DNA of 64,000 nt from Spirochaetales bacterium (GTDB lineage Bacteria; Spirochaetota; Spirochaetia; SZUA-6; JAFGRV01). This document shows, piece by piece, positions 38,214 through 48,473 of the stretch (within the stretch, counting starts at the first letter, position 1; each line of letters opens with the position of its first letter). The translations under genes and the position numbers were made by a program. The stretch covers positions 3,437 through 67,436 of the forward strand of contig JAFGQK010000300.1 of assembly GCA_016935735.1 (NCBI GenBank), read 5' to 3'. The notes beneath the pieces were generated by a model. The model ran no database searches, was not told where the DNA came from, and was given only the letters and a program-made list of their open reading frames with translations.

Positions 38214-40694
38214 ATGAACTGTATTATTCCGGAAAAAGATTTATGGGACTCACTTCTCCGGGTAGAGAAACCGGGAAGATATACCGGTGGTGAGTATGGA
38301 ATAACTGCGAAACATGATAAAGCAATTCTTTATGTAGCGCTTTCGTATCCGGATCTCTATGAAATCGGTATGTCCAATCATGCCATAAGGATACTCTATT
38401 GTCTTTTAAACTCACTTCCCGGTATTTCCTGTGAGAGAGTTTTTGCCCCTGCCCCGGATTTTGAAGAAGAACTCCGAAAAAAGAACATACCTCTCTATTC
38501 CCTCGAATCGGGCCTGCCTCTTAATGAGTTTGACATTATTTGCTTTTCACTGGGATATGAGTTGAATGCAACGAATGTTCTTACCATCCTTGACCTTGGC
38601 AGGGCAGGTATCAACAATGAGGACAGAGGCGAAAGCGATCCTGTGGTCATAGCAGGGGGACCTGCCGTGACAAACCCTGTCCCATTTGCTTCTTTTATTG
38701 ATTGCTTTTTTATCGGGGAGGCAGAAGGGAAGGTAGAAGAGCTTTTTACAGGTCTTTGTTCCATTAAAAGGAAAGGTCATAACAGGCAGGAGTTACTGCA
38801 TTATATACTTCAAGAACCATCAGTCTGGAGCTCTGCAAAACCGGATCATAAAGCTTCAAAAAATATATGGATGGGTTTTTCAACCGGAACCCTGCATCAA
38901 CATTTTCCTGTCCCCAATATTTCCGTTATCCAGGATCAGGGAGTAGTGGAAATAATGCGGGGTTGTCCGAACATTTGCCGTTTTTGCCATTCGAGTATTT
39001 ATTACAGGCCTTTCCGGCTAAAAATGCCCTGTCATATCTTTTCTGAAGTTGAGCATCTTATTCTTTGCGGCGGTTACAGGCGAATAACCCTTACTTCGCT
39101 TTCCTCCGGGGATTACCGATATATTGATGAGCTTGTACGTATTCTTTCTGCCAGGTATAAACAGGCTGGGATATCCTTTTCCCTCCCGTCTTTGCGAATC
39201 GACAGTCTGGCTCTTTCTCTTTTAAAGGATATCTCCGAGGTAAGAAAAAGCGGACTCACCTTTGCCGTAGAAACTCCCGATCCCGCGTGGCAGGCAGGGG
39301 TAAATAAAAGTGTTTCCTTCGAAAAGACGATGTCCCTTTTACTGGAAGCGAGAAAGATGGGGTGGAATAAAGCCAAATTCTACTTTATGATCGGACTTCC
39401 CCTGTACCAGTGTGATGAATCAGATATGATTATTGAGTTTGCCAGAGAAGCAAGAAAAAGAACAAAGATGCAGCTTACCATCGCCATATCCACTTTTATT
39501 CCCAAACCCCATACTCCTTTTCAATGGGCTCCGCAACTTTCAGAGGATATCGCTTTTGAAAGAATTATGCATATTAAAAGGAATCTTTCTGAAAAATATT
39601 TCAAGATAAGTTATCATTCACCTTTTTCATCATTACTTGAAGGGATTATTTCCAGGGGAACAAAAGAAGTTGGAGATATTATTTTTAATGCATACAAAAA
39701 AGGTGCACGTCTGGATGCCTGGGATGATTATATAAGAAGAAGTATCTGGCGAAATGCAATCGGGGAAGCAGGGACAGATATCATTTCCGGTACTCTTGGT
39801 GCGAGAAAAAGTGACGAACCTTTACCCTGGGATTCCGTGGATCTGGGTGTATCAAAACAATATTTAAAGAATGAATGGGAAAAAGCAGTAAAGCGGGAAT
39901 ATACAGAAGCATGCAGTTCATCGTGTTCCCACCCTTGCGGAATATGCGGGAGAAAAATAAAAGTTATGGATACTATCGTAAAAAAAGAAATTACAGATCT
40001 TGAATCCCTTACCCCTTTTCGTTTGCAGGCCACTAGCCGCAAAAGGCTTCTTTTTTCCTATTCAAAGACCGATAAAGCAGTATTTTTATCTCATCTTAAC
40101 AGCATGCATATATTTGAGCGTGCATTATTGCGTGCAGGATATCTTCCTTATTTTACAAAAGGGTTTAATCCGAAACCCACCCTGGAGTTTGCATCGCCTC
40201 TTGCCCTGGGGGTTGAATCCAGGGATGAGATAGCTGCCTGTGAGATAGAGAATTTCGATTCCATAGAGAAGTTTAAAGAAAAGATCAATAACGTCTTGCC
40301 GGAAGGATTTTCTTTAGAAAAGTGTAAAGAACTTCCTTCGTATAAAAAAGGAACAAAAAAAATATCCCTTGCACGATTATACTGGGGATCTGATTATTTA
40401 CTCACCCAGGGAAAGGAAATTAAGCAGATTATCCATATTTTTTCATTGATTAATAATGTAAACGAGGAAGAGAGTGAGCTCTATGAGTTTTCACCTGCCC
40501 TTGATTCCTTTTTTATGCTGGGAAAAGATATATGTATCCGGTGGAAAAAGATAGAGAAAAAAGGATGTAATATCATTCATTTTCTGGAAAGATTAACCGG
40601 CAGACTGCATTTTGAATCCGGGATAAGGATTATACGGATGAAGACACTCATAAAGACCGGAGAAGAGCCAGGGTGTTTTTTTGATGTCCTGTGA
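38214..40694 (+). CDS. TIGR03960-type B12-binding radical SAM protein fused to a TIGR03936/DUF2344-type domain
   Basis: VEKPGRYTGGE, YPDLYEIGMSN, RGCPNICRFC, RKSGLTFAVE; C-terminal FLSHL..FERALLRA..GFNPKP.LEFASPLALG. Confidence 0.9.
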   Translation: MNCIIPEKDLWDSLLRVEKPGRYTGGEYGITAKHDKAILYVALSYPDLYEIGMSNHAIRILYCLLNSLPGISCERVFAPAPDFEEELRKKNIPLYSLESGLPLNEFDIICFSLGYELNATNVLTILDLGRAGINNEDRGESDPVVIAGGPAVTNPVPFASFIDCFFIGEAEGKVEELFTGLCSIKRKGHNRQELLHYILQEPSVWSSAKPDHKASKNIWMGFSTGTLHQHFPVPNISVIQDQGVVEIMRGCPNICRFCHSSIYYRPFRLKMPCHIFSEVEHLILCGGYRRITLTSLSSGDYRYIDELVRILSARYKQAGISFSLPSLRIDSLALSLLKDISEVRKSGLTFAVETPDPAWQAGVNKSVSFEKTMSLLLEARKMGWNKAKFYFMIGLPLYQCDESDMIIEFAREARKRTKMQLTIAISTFIPKPHTPFQWAPQLSEDIAFERIMHIKRNLSEKYFKISYHSPFSSLLEGIISRGTKEVGDIIFNAYKKGARLDAWDDYIRRSIWRNAIGEAGTDIISGTLGARKSDEPLPWDSVDLGVSKQYLKNEWEKAVKREYTEACSSSCSHPCGICGRKIKVMDTIVKKEITDLESLTPFRLQATSRKRLLFSYSKTDKAVFLSHLNSMHIFERALLRAGYLPYFTKGFNPKPTLEFASPLALGVESRDEIAACEIENFDSIEKFKEKINNVLPEGFSLEKCKELPSYKKGTKKISLARLYWGSDYLLTQGKEIKQIIHIFSLINNVNEEESELYEFSPALDSFFMLGKDICIRWKKIEKKGCNIIHFLERLTGRLHFESGIRIIRMKTLIKTGEEPGCFFDVL

Positions 40695-40729
40695 AAGTGT
40701 CATATTTTTTTTATTTTATTGGAAAATTG

Positions 40730-40758
40730 TTGAAATAAATTAAAAAGTATAGTAAAAT
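40730..40758 (+). promoter_or_regulatory. Sigma70-type promoter upstream of the 107-aa ORF/rSAM locus
   Basis: TTGAAA (40730-40735), 17 bp, TAAAAT (40753-40758). Confidence 0.55.
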
Positions 40759-41181
40759 AATTTTGTCTGCTTGTAATAGATTATTTATAAGGGGAGACAT
40801 GCCATAATAGGGGAGTCGACCGCAGAACCCTGTTGATCTGAATAAAGCAGATGTTTCCGGATACAATAGTATTCCGGTGTTTAAGGGAAGGGAATCAAGC
40901 AGGAAAATCCTTACAGGCGGGTAGAGGGGACTTCTTATATCCTTAATAATGTACGGTTTTTCATTTTTTGATTAGGGCAGCACTATAACCGTTTTGTATG
41001 TGTATTTAAAGTTTATCAGCTGAAAAATTTATACTATAAACTATCCTGAAGACTCCTGTTCAATAAACAAAAAAATACTATGTTAAATTTTGCTTTTATA
41101 ACAGAGATATACAATCATTGCAGATCACCACCTTTATAAATATGTTGTATATAAATATACATATTAACGAGGAGGTTATTA

Positions 41182-41505
41182 ATGGCAAAAATAAATAACA
41201 TTAAATATAAAATACTGTTCGAAGAAAAGATACCATACTGGTGGCGATTTGCTTATCTTATTCCTGATCCCTGGATTGAACGTCTGGTCGATATAGATCA
41301 ATTTTCTGCAATTGTCCAGGGTAAAAATACGAAGTTTGGGGAATATGTACAAAAATATGTGAAAGCTTTTATAGAAGAAGGTAAAATGCCGCCATCCACT
41401 ATTGCCGGAACGATTATAAATATTGCAGAAGATATTATGGCCGGACGTAAGCCAACAATACGTGCAGGAGATTATATAGCAATACAAAATGAGATGCGTG
41501 ATTAA
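41182..41505 (+). CDS. 107-aa protein of unknown family; candidate rSAM substrate/precursor
   Basis: Strong RBS GAGGAGG; aromatic cluster PYWWRFAYLIPDPW; directly upstream of rSAM/SPASM. Confidence 0.75.
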   Translation: MAKINNIKYKILFEEKIPYWWRFAYLIPDPWIERLVDIDQFSAIVQGKNTKFGEYVQKYVKAFIEEGKMPPSTIAGTIINIAEDIMAGRKPTIRAGDYIAIQNEMRD

Positions 41506-41524
41506 ATAGATTTAGTACTTTTTT

Positions 41525-41550
41525 AATGGGCAGGATAAACCCTGCCCATT
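41525..41550. terminator. Hairpin between the 107-aa ORF and the rSAM gene
   Basis: AATGGGCAGG-ATAAAC-CCTGCCCATT, perfect 10-bp stem with T/A-rich flanks. Confidence 0.7.
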
Positions 41551-41569
41551 ATTAAAAATGGAGGCTTGA

Positions 41570-42619
41570 ATGGATTATAAGAATTTTCCTTTTGTCATTG
41601 GATGGGAATTAACACTCCGTTGTAATCTTCAATGTAAACATTGTGCATCCTCTGCCGGATATCCCAGAGATAATGAATTAACACTAGATGAATCTCTTTC
41701 TATTTGTGAACAATTACCGGATTTATTGGTGAATGAGGTTATTTTTACGGGCGGAGAACCGCTATTATATAAAAATTGGCATACCATTGCATTAGCATTG
41801 CATAATTGTGGGATAAAAACCGGTATGGTTACAAATGGTTTACTTATAGATGACAAAATAATCGAGAATATGAAAAAAAGCGGGATGAATTGTATAGGAA
41901 TCAGTATTGATGGTATTGGAGAATTACATGATCGACTCCGGTGTTTTCCCGGGGCATTTGAGAAAATTATAAAAAATATAGAAAATTTAAGGAGAAATAA
42001 TATTAATATTACAGTGATTACATCAATAACACACGAAAATATCCTGAAACTTGATGATATATATCACTTAATCACACAGTTAGGAGCCTGGAAATGGCAG
42101 CTTCAACCTATCTTCCCTTTAGGCCGGGGAAACGGGAATTCACATCTTCATTTAACAGAGGAACAATTTGTTAGTCTGGGAAAATACATCTTTCATTTAC
42201 AGCCAGTAGCATTAAAAAAAGGGTTGGAAATAGTCCCTGCCGACAGCTGCGGGTATTTTTCTTCTCTTGATATTCCTGAGTTTAACTGGCAGGGATGCGG
42301 TGCAGGCCGATTCAGTTGCGGAATTATGAGTAATGGCTATATTAAAGGTTGTCTCTCCTGGCCTGATACAATAATTGAAGGGGATCTTCGAAAGGATGAT
42401 TTATGGACTATCTGGTTCAGACCTGATTCTTTTTCAAAACAACGTTTTTTTTCAAAAGAAGACATGAACGGCAATTGCATTGATTGTGAAGTTGCAATGG
42501 AATGCGGCGGAGGATGCCAGGCAATGTCTTTAGCAAAGACCGGGATGTGGAGAGCAGATCCATATTGCTATCGTAGAATATTAAAGGAAAAGGGTACTCT
42601 TTTGAAAAATCCACATTAA
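41570..42619 (+). CDS. Radical SAM/SPASM domain enzyme (peptide/protein maturase-like)
   Basis: WELTLRCNLQCKHC, TGGEP, WQLQP, GCGAG..CGIMSNG.IKGC, CIDC....ECGGGC...DPYC. Confidence 0.92.
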   Translation: MDYKNFPFVIGWELTLRCNLQCKHCASSAGYPRDNELTLDESLSICEQLPDLLVNEVIFTGGEPLLYKNWHTIALALHNCGIKTGMVTNGLLIDDKIIENMKKSGMNCIGISIDGIGELHDRLRCFPGAFEKIIKNIENLRRNNINITVITSITHENILKLDDIYHLITQLGAWKWQLQPIFPLGRGNGNSHLHLTEEQFVSLGKYIFHLQPVALKKGLEIVPADSCGYFSSLDIPEFNWQGCGAGRFSCGIMSNGYIKGCLSWPDTIIEGDLRKDDLWTIWFRPDSFSKQRFFSKEDMNGNCIDCEVAMECGGGCQAMSLAKTGMWRADPYCYRRILKEKGTLLKNPH

Positions 42620-42790
42620 TAACTTTTGGAGGTTTGACTGTGAAAAACATCCGTTTGAAAAGGATACCTTACCTGTTTCTTTGATTATTTACCGGAAACA
42701 TTGAAAAATTCCGCCGATAGTGCTACTGTATGTAGCGATTAAGATTGCCGGCATAAAATATTTCTACGCGATTATTATTTGGAGGTAATC

Positions 42791-43588
42791 ATGAAAGTTG
42801 AAAATAAAATAATACACATTATCAAAAAAGGAATGATTTTATTTTTATTTATCATTCTTGTATTCGCTTGTGAATTCCAGGGAATAGATGAAGGAGAGAA
42901 TACCACTGGAATAACTGATGCGGATAGATCCGGGCAGCCGGATTTCACTGTTATAATCAGCCACACATATGCGGAATTGGTCATTGGCCAATACGAAACT
43001 TTCAAGGCATTTGTCATCAACTCGGGAACAGCAGCTTCCGCAACCGCAGTACTAAAATTTCAGATCGGCGGCAGTGTTACCTTTCATTCCATACCTGTTC
43101 TTCAACCGGGGGGACATTTTTCCGTATGCCGTACTGTCCATTTCGATACTGCCGGAACATATTTAGTTACGGCGATAGCGGATGTATATAATACGGTTGC
43201 GGAAAGTAATGAAACCAATAACACCAAACAGATAACGATTCCTGTAAAAGATTACGGTAAACCCGATTTGTATATCAGCACCCTCACGTATGCGGGGACC
43301 CCAAAAGTTGGAAATTTTATGAATTTCATCATCCAGGTCAAGAATAACCTGTTTTGCGGGATGTCTCCGGCCACGAGAGTAAATGTGCGGATAGGTGGGG
43401 AAACATTCGGACAATTTTACAATATTCCGGCACTCGCCCCGGGACAGGGGTATAACCTCTCAAGAGGCTGGACGCCGTCTGTAGCAGGGAATTTTCGAAT
43501 TACGGCTGTAGCCGATGCAGACAATGATGCGAGTGAAAAGAGTGAAAGCAACAATACGAAATACATATCTGTTCAGGTGACAAATTAG
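42791..43588 (+). CDS. Lipoprotein with two CARDB (Ig-like) domains
   Basis: RBS GGAGG; lipobox-like LVFA-C; two PD(F/L)...A.AD..N...E..E.NN repeats. Confidence 0.85.
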   Translation: MKVENKIIHIIKKGMILFLFIILVFACEFQGIDEGENTTGITDADRSGQPDFTVIISHTYAELVIGQYETFKAFVINSGTAASATAVLKFQIGGSVTFHSIPVLQPGGHFSVCRTVHFDTAGTYLVTAIADVYNTVAESNETNNTKQITIPVKDYGKPDLYISTLTYAGTPKVGNFMNFIIQVKNNLFCGMSPATRVNVRIGGETFGQFYNIPALAPGQGYNLSRGWTPSVAGNFRITAVADADNDASEKSESNNTKYISVQVTN

Positions 43589-44114
43589 AACACTGTTATG
43601 TGACAGATGAATGGTAAGGGTTATCTTATTCATACTGCAATCATACCTCAACGAAAGTCGAGGCACGATAGTAATGGTAAATGAAAAGGGGCGGTGGAGA
43701 GGATATTCCTTTCTGTCGCTCCTTTGTTTTGTCGTAACAATGCTGCCCCGGCCCGGTAACGGTATTCTTAAAAAAATGATAAGCCAGGAAAAAAATTATA
43801 TAAAAATAATAATCAGCTCTATAATTCTTATAATCATATCTTGCATTAGTGGAAGCAGCCTGCTATAGTATTTTGTATACAGGGTTTTACCTGGAAGATC
43901 ATACTGGATTTTTTGTGAAATTGCCATTGCTGCCTGTAATCCCGGGATTAAATCTTCTGTTCGGATTTCCTCTTTTATGAGGAGCTATCGATCTGTGCAA
44001 TAATTAAGGAAGAAGATGATTATTATACAAATGACATTGCGGCAGGGTATTATAGCGCTTCTTTTTGAAACCGTAAGAATGGTAATACCCCGGAATTAAC
44101 AAAGGGGGTCGATA

Positions 44115-44936
44115 ATGGACAGGGCAAAAATAAAGTTTAAGCAGGAAAAGGAAACCCTACTCATTCCACTTTACTGTAAGTATCTGGAAAGCCGGAAAGT
44201 ATTACCGATTATTAAAGATGAAAAGGCAATCGAAATAGTAAACAGTATTGACTATGATTTTGAACACCTCGAGATTCCTGAACAAACATACGTTACTATT
44301 TGTATAAGGGCTAAGCAATTTGATAAGTATGCCAGGAATTATTTGATGAAAGTGCCTGACAGTGTTTTCATTCATCTGGGATGTGGCCTCGATAGCCGGT
44401 TTCATCGTGTCGATAATAATAACGTTGAATGGTATGATCTGGATTTTTCGGAGGTTATCGAAATAAGAAAATATTTTTATAATGAGAGTGATAAATATCA
44501 TTTCATTTCATCATCTGTAATGGAATTGAACTGGTTGGAAAAAATAAACCCTGAAAACAGACAGATAATAATTCTGGCAGAAGGTTTGTTTATGTATTTA
44601 AAAGAGGAAGAAATAAAATTATTATTTAAAGCTATTAAAAATAAATTTTCTAAAAGCATTATTATTTTTGACTGTTATAGTGAAATAACAGCAAAAGGTA
44701 TTAAAAATCATCCGTCAATAAAAAGGACCGGGGCAGTAATTAATTGGGGAATAAATAATGCAAAAGAGATTGAATCATGGGATGATAACATACATCTTAT
44801 TGAAGAATGGTATTTTACGCAGTCTGAAGAACTGAGTAAACTGGATTCAGGCTATAGAGTTTTATTTAAAATTATGGGATTATTCCCATTGGCAAAAAAA
44901 GCACATAGGATATTAGTATTTCAATTGGGAATGTGA
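44115..44936 (+). CDS. Leucine-carboxyl-methyltransferase-like O-methyltransferase
   Basis: ETLLIPLY, HLGCGLDSRF, WYDLD, AEGLFMYL. Confidence 0.88.
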   Translation: MDRAKIKFKQEKETLLIPLYCKYLESRKVLPIIKDEKAIEIVNSIDYDFEHLEIPEQTYVTICIRAKQFDKYARNYLMKVPDSVFIHLGCGLDSRFHRVDNNNVEWYDLDFSEVIEIRKYFYNESDKYHFISSSVMELNWLEKINPENRQIIILAEGLFMYLKEEEIKLLFKAIKNKFSKSIIIFDCYSEITAKGIKNHPSIKRTGAVINWGINNAKEIESWDDNIHLIEEWYFTQSEELSKLDSGYRVLFKIMGLFPLAKKAHRILVFQLGM

Positions 44937-45196
44937 ATGAATGTACCAGTTCAATCAGCCTCATTTCCAAAACTGCTGATTTCCGCTCACTTTCATTGCT
45001 GGGATTAATTACACCACCACGAACAGGGGTAAAGGAATATGTGCAACTCCGGCTACAAAGCCACTTTATTATATCAGGCGACCCTGCAAATCATTCCGGA
45101 TTATCAATCCGCGAACTCTTTATGACAGATGAAATCTATATAAATGATATAATAATAGGTTCATTAACCTTAAAGGTGCAAAACAAGGAGGATATT

Positions 45197-46072
45197 ATGA
45201 ACAATTTTATTATTGATAAAGAGAGATGTACGAAATGCGGACTATGTTCTGCAATCTGTGTGGATAATACCATTACTCAAAAAGGGAATGATTTCCCTTA
45301 CATAGACTCTGAAATAAACTGTAAATCCTGTGGGCATTGCATTGCGATTTGTCCTAATAATGCGATCATGCATAAAAACATGGATATGAAGAGTTTTTTC
45401 CCCATTACAAATGGTATCACAGGGAATCAACTGAAGAATTTTCTCTTATCTAAACGTTCCGGGAGACATTACCTGGATAAACCGGTTGATAGTACGACAA
45501 TAAATAAAATTCTTGAGGTTGCAGCGATGGCTCCTACGGCGAAAAACAGGCAATGGCGCAGTTTTATTGTACTTACAGATAGAGAAAAAATCAGAGAACT
45601 TGAAAAATTACTTTTGCACAATGTCAAAAAGATGATAAGCCAGTTACGCTTTGCAGCCGGCACATTAGGGAAGTTACTCATTAAAGATCCCTATGCAAGG
45701 GAACTTTTGGGATTTTTACACAGGGACAGTGAAGAATTAATAAAAGAGGAAAACAGGGAAAAATCCCTCATTTTTTATAATGCCCCCTGTATTATTTTTA
45801 CCTATGCCTGGCACGATAACGGGATGGGGGGAGACGTCTTTGCCAGGGAGCATTGTGACTATATGGCAAGCTATGTGATGTTGCAGGCCCATGCCATGGG
45901 ATTAAGTACATGCCTGATAGGTTATGCATCAACTGTTCCCAAAATATTACAAAAATTCCTGAAAGTCCCTAAAGGATATAAGGTATATAATGTCATTACC
46001 CTTGGTTACCCGAAATATCGATTCAGGCGGACAGTACCCAGAAAACCGGCATATGATATTTTATGGATTTAG
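45197..46072 (+). CDS. Nitroreductase with N-terminal 2x[4Fe-4S] ferredoxin domain
   Basis: RBS AAGGAGG before ATG 45197; CTKCGLC..IC and CKSCGHC..ICP; KRS.R.Y, APTAKNRQ, LGYP. Confidence 0.9.
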   Translation: MNNFIIDKERCTKCGLCSAICVDNTITQKGNDFPYIDSEINCKSCGHCIAICPNNAIMHKNMDMKSFFPITNGITGNQLKNFLLSKRSGRHYLDKPVDSTTINKILEVAAMAPTAKNRQWRSFIVLTDREKIRELEKLLLHNVKKMISQLRFAAGTLGKLLIKDPYARELLGFLHRDSEELIKEENREKSLIFYNAPCIIFTYAWHDNGMGGDVFAREHCDYMASYVMLQAHAMGLSTCLIGYASTVPKILQKFLKVPKGYKVYNVITLGYPKYRFRRTVPRKPAYDILWI

Positions 46073-46129
46073 TTTAAAGTAATAAAACGAGAAAAGTAAT
46101 ATAATGGCAGTAAAACAACCAAATAACAT

Positions 46130-48394
46130 TTACTTTACCATTATTCTTACTATATCAGACGAATCATGATCTTTCACCGTAATACACCATTTTCCTTTCT
46201 TAAGGGGAAAAAACCATGTATAAGGATAGGTGATGTCATCTGCTTTTATCCCATTAACAAATACAGAAAGGATATCATTCATTTGTGTGTGGATAATCTC
46301 GAATTTTACTGCCTGTTGTGATACAGGAATGGAAGGGTCGGTATAAAAATATTCACCATCTCCCGGTTGCCGGATAAAAGGAGTTTCATACTCATAAGGC
46401 AGGGATATCATATCGTTTCCCAGCTGTTCCCTGGCCCAGGATGTATAGAGTGGCGGATATTTTGTTTTTAACATCCCATTTTCCCTGTAATGGAAATCAC
46501 AAGGTTTTATTGATGCATGATACGGGAGGTATTCTTCCACAATTCCCGGACATGCATCCGTTGCAAGCCCGCCGGAAAGAGAACAAATTCTCACCTTTTT
46601 TGCTTCTTCCGGTACAGGAAAAGGCTCAGGACTCCTGTCGATAATGGAAATTATTTCTTTTACAATTTGTGCAGGAATCGAACTCCCCGGCATACCGATG
46701 ACTGTCTTGCCACTGAAATTTCCCAACCAGACACCTACGGTATAGTTAACGGTAGCCCCTAAAGCCCATATATTCCCGAATTGATTTGATGTTCCTGTCT
46801 TGAACATAACAGGAATTCCCGTGTTTAATACAGAATCTGTGGTAAATCCCAGTGCCCTGCTTGCATTATCGGAAAGCATATGACAGATCATGGCAGAAGT
46901 ATACGGACTGAATACCCGTTTCCCATCGGGAATTCTTGCTTTTTTCCTGTATTTCCAGACAGGAGGTGCTTTTATTCCCTTTGCCGGGAAAATACTGAAA
47001 GCCTGTGTCAATTCAAACAGGGTAATTTCCGCATTGCCAAGGGCAAGACCACTCCCGAATTGATGCTCTTTATTGTCCAGGGAATGAAATCCAAGTTCGA
47101 CAAGTTTCTGCCTGAAATTTTCCACACCGAGCCGGGTTATCATATATACGGCAGGTACATTAAGGGAAGAAGCAAGGGCAACGCGAAGCCTGACAGGCCC
47201 ATGAAATCGGTTGTTGAAATTTACCGGTCTGTATACTTCATCTGTACCAAAGTCCGTGGGAATATCGGGCAGGAGTGTGTTGGGGGAAAATCCGTTTTCA
47301 AGTGCATATGCATAGAGAAACGGTTTCAGGCATGAACCGGGTTGATTGTGTATATGAAGTCCATCTATCTCCCCGGCATGTTCCTTATCATTAAAATCAT
47401 TGGAGCCGGTATATGCGAGAATTTCCCGGGTCCTGTTGTTCAGTACCAGTGCAGCCCCGTTGGTAAGTCTGTTATGTTGATGTTTGTCCAGGGCATGCCG
47501 GATCTTCTCTTCTACCAGATGATTCAGGGCCAGGTCCAGGGAAGTGGCAATTTCCCGGCCGGAAATTTTCCGGCCGGGTGTTAATTCATCCGGTGAAAGA
47601 TTATTTTTTACATAAAGGGAGAAATGAGGGGCCAGAAAAGGCCACTCGAAAGGTGTGAGATTCGAGATAATGGATCTGATTTCTTTTTCCAGCCGGGATT
47701 CTCTTTCTGTCCCTGAACCTGTGCCCATACGAATGGCAAGCTTTTTTACCGCATCAATCAATAATTCCTGTTCACTAAACGGATTATATAATGAAGGGTT
47801 TCTTATTATAACAGCAAGGATACATGCTTCAAGTTTTGTTAACATCTTTACATCCTTGTGAAAATAAACCCTGCTTGCAGATGCGATACCGGTTGTGTTC
47901 ATGCCAACCGGTATTGAATTGAGCCAGAGTTCAATTATTTCTTCCTTGCTGCATTGTGCTTCCAGGCGAATCGCATTAATAGCCTCCCATAATTTACCGG
48001 TTATTCCCCTTTTGTGTGGCAGTATCATCCTGGCAAGCTGCATGGAGATGGAGGATGCACCGGAAACAATATATCCGCTTTTTATATTAAGGGAAAGTGA
48101 CCGGATTACTGCAATGAAATCGATCCCATGATGATAAAAAAACCGTTTATCTTCACTTTGTATGAATACGGAAATAATATCCGGATGAATTTCATCCAGC
48201 CTGGCATATTCCCTTCGCTGTCCATCGGGAAGGGGAATGACATGAAGCAGGGTTCCCTTCCGGTCAAAAAGGCAGGGGCTGTATGACTTGCTTTTAAACT
48301 TATCCAGTTCAGGGAACGGAAACAGCAGGAAAGTAATCTGGGTGATTATCATAACAAGGATAATATAGAAAAGAAGATTTTTCATGATATTCAT
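46130..48394 (-). CDS. pbpC: Penicillin-binding protein 1C
   Basis: EDKRFFYHHGID, SGASSISMQLAR, QPGSCLKPF, SLNVP, FKTGTS; PBP1C-type C-terminal domain. Confidence 0.9.
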   Translation of the reverse strand: MNIMKNLLFYIILVMIITQITFLLFPFPELDKFKSKSYSPCLFDRKGTLLHVIPLPDGQRREYARLDEIHPDIISVFIQSEDKRFFYHHGIDFIAVIRSLSLNIKSGYIVSGASSISMQLARMILPHKRGITGKLWEAINAIRLEAQCSKEEIIELWLNSIPVGMNTTGIASASRVYFHKDVKMLTKLEACILAVIIRNPSLYNPFSEQELLIDAVKKLAIRMGTGSGTERESRLEKEIRSIISNLTPFEWPFLAPHFSLYVKNNLSPDELTPGRKISGREIATSLDLALNHLVEEKIRHALDKHQHNRLTNGAALVLNNRTREILAYTGSNDFNDKEHAGEIDGLHIHNQPGSCLKPFLYAYALENGFSPNTLLPDIPTDFGTDEVYRPVNFNNRFHGPVRLRVALASSLNVPAVYMITRLGVENFRQKLVELGFHSLDNKEHQFGSGLALGNAEITLFELTQAFSIFPAKGIKAPPVWKYRKKARIPDGKRVFSPYTSAMICHMLSDNASRALGFTTDSVLNTGIPVMFKTGTSNQFGNIWALGATVNYTVGVWLGNFSGKTVIGMPGSSIPAQIVKEIISIIDRSPEPFPVPEEAKKVRICSLSGGLATDACPGIVEEYLPYHASIKPCDFHYRENGMLKTKYPPLYTSWAREQLGNDMISLPYEYETPFIRQPGDGEYFYTDPSIPVSQQAVKFEIIHTQMNDILSVFVNGIKADDITYPYTWFFPLKKGKWCITVKDHDSSDIVRIMVK

Positions 48395-48473
48395 CGCTTA
48401 TTCCCTTAAATAATACAAAAGGGCGGGCAAGATGACAAGAATAAACATACGGTTTATTTTTAATAAATTTTTT

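Noticed and set aside
38111-38293. 60-aa ORF
   Set aside because: Lies across the miniature element and overlaps the TIGR03960 gene out of frame
44933-45196. 88-aa N-terminal extension of the nitroreductase
   Set aside because: Strong RBS at the internal ATG 45197; the extension does not look protein-like
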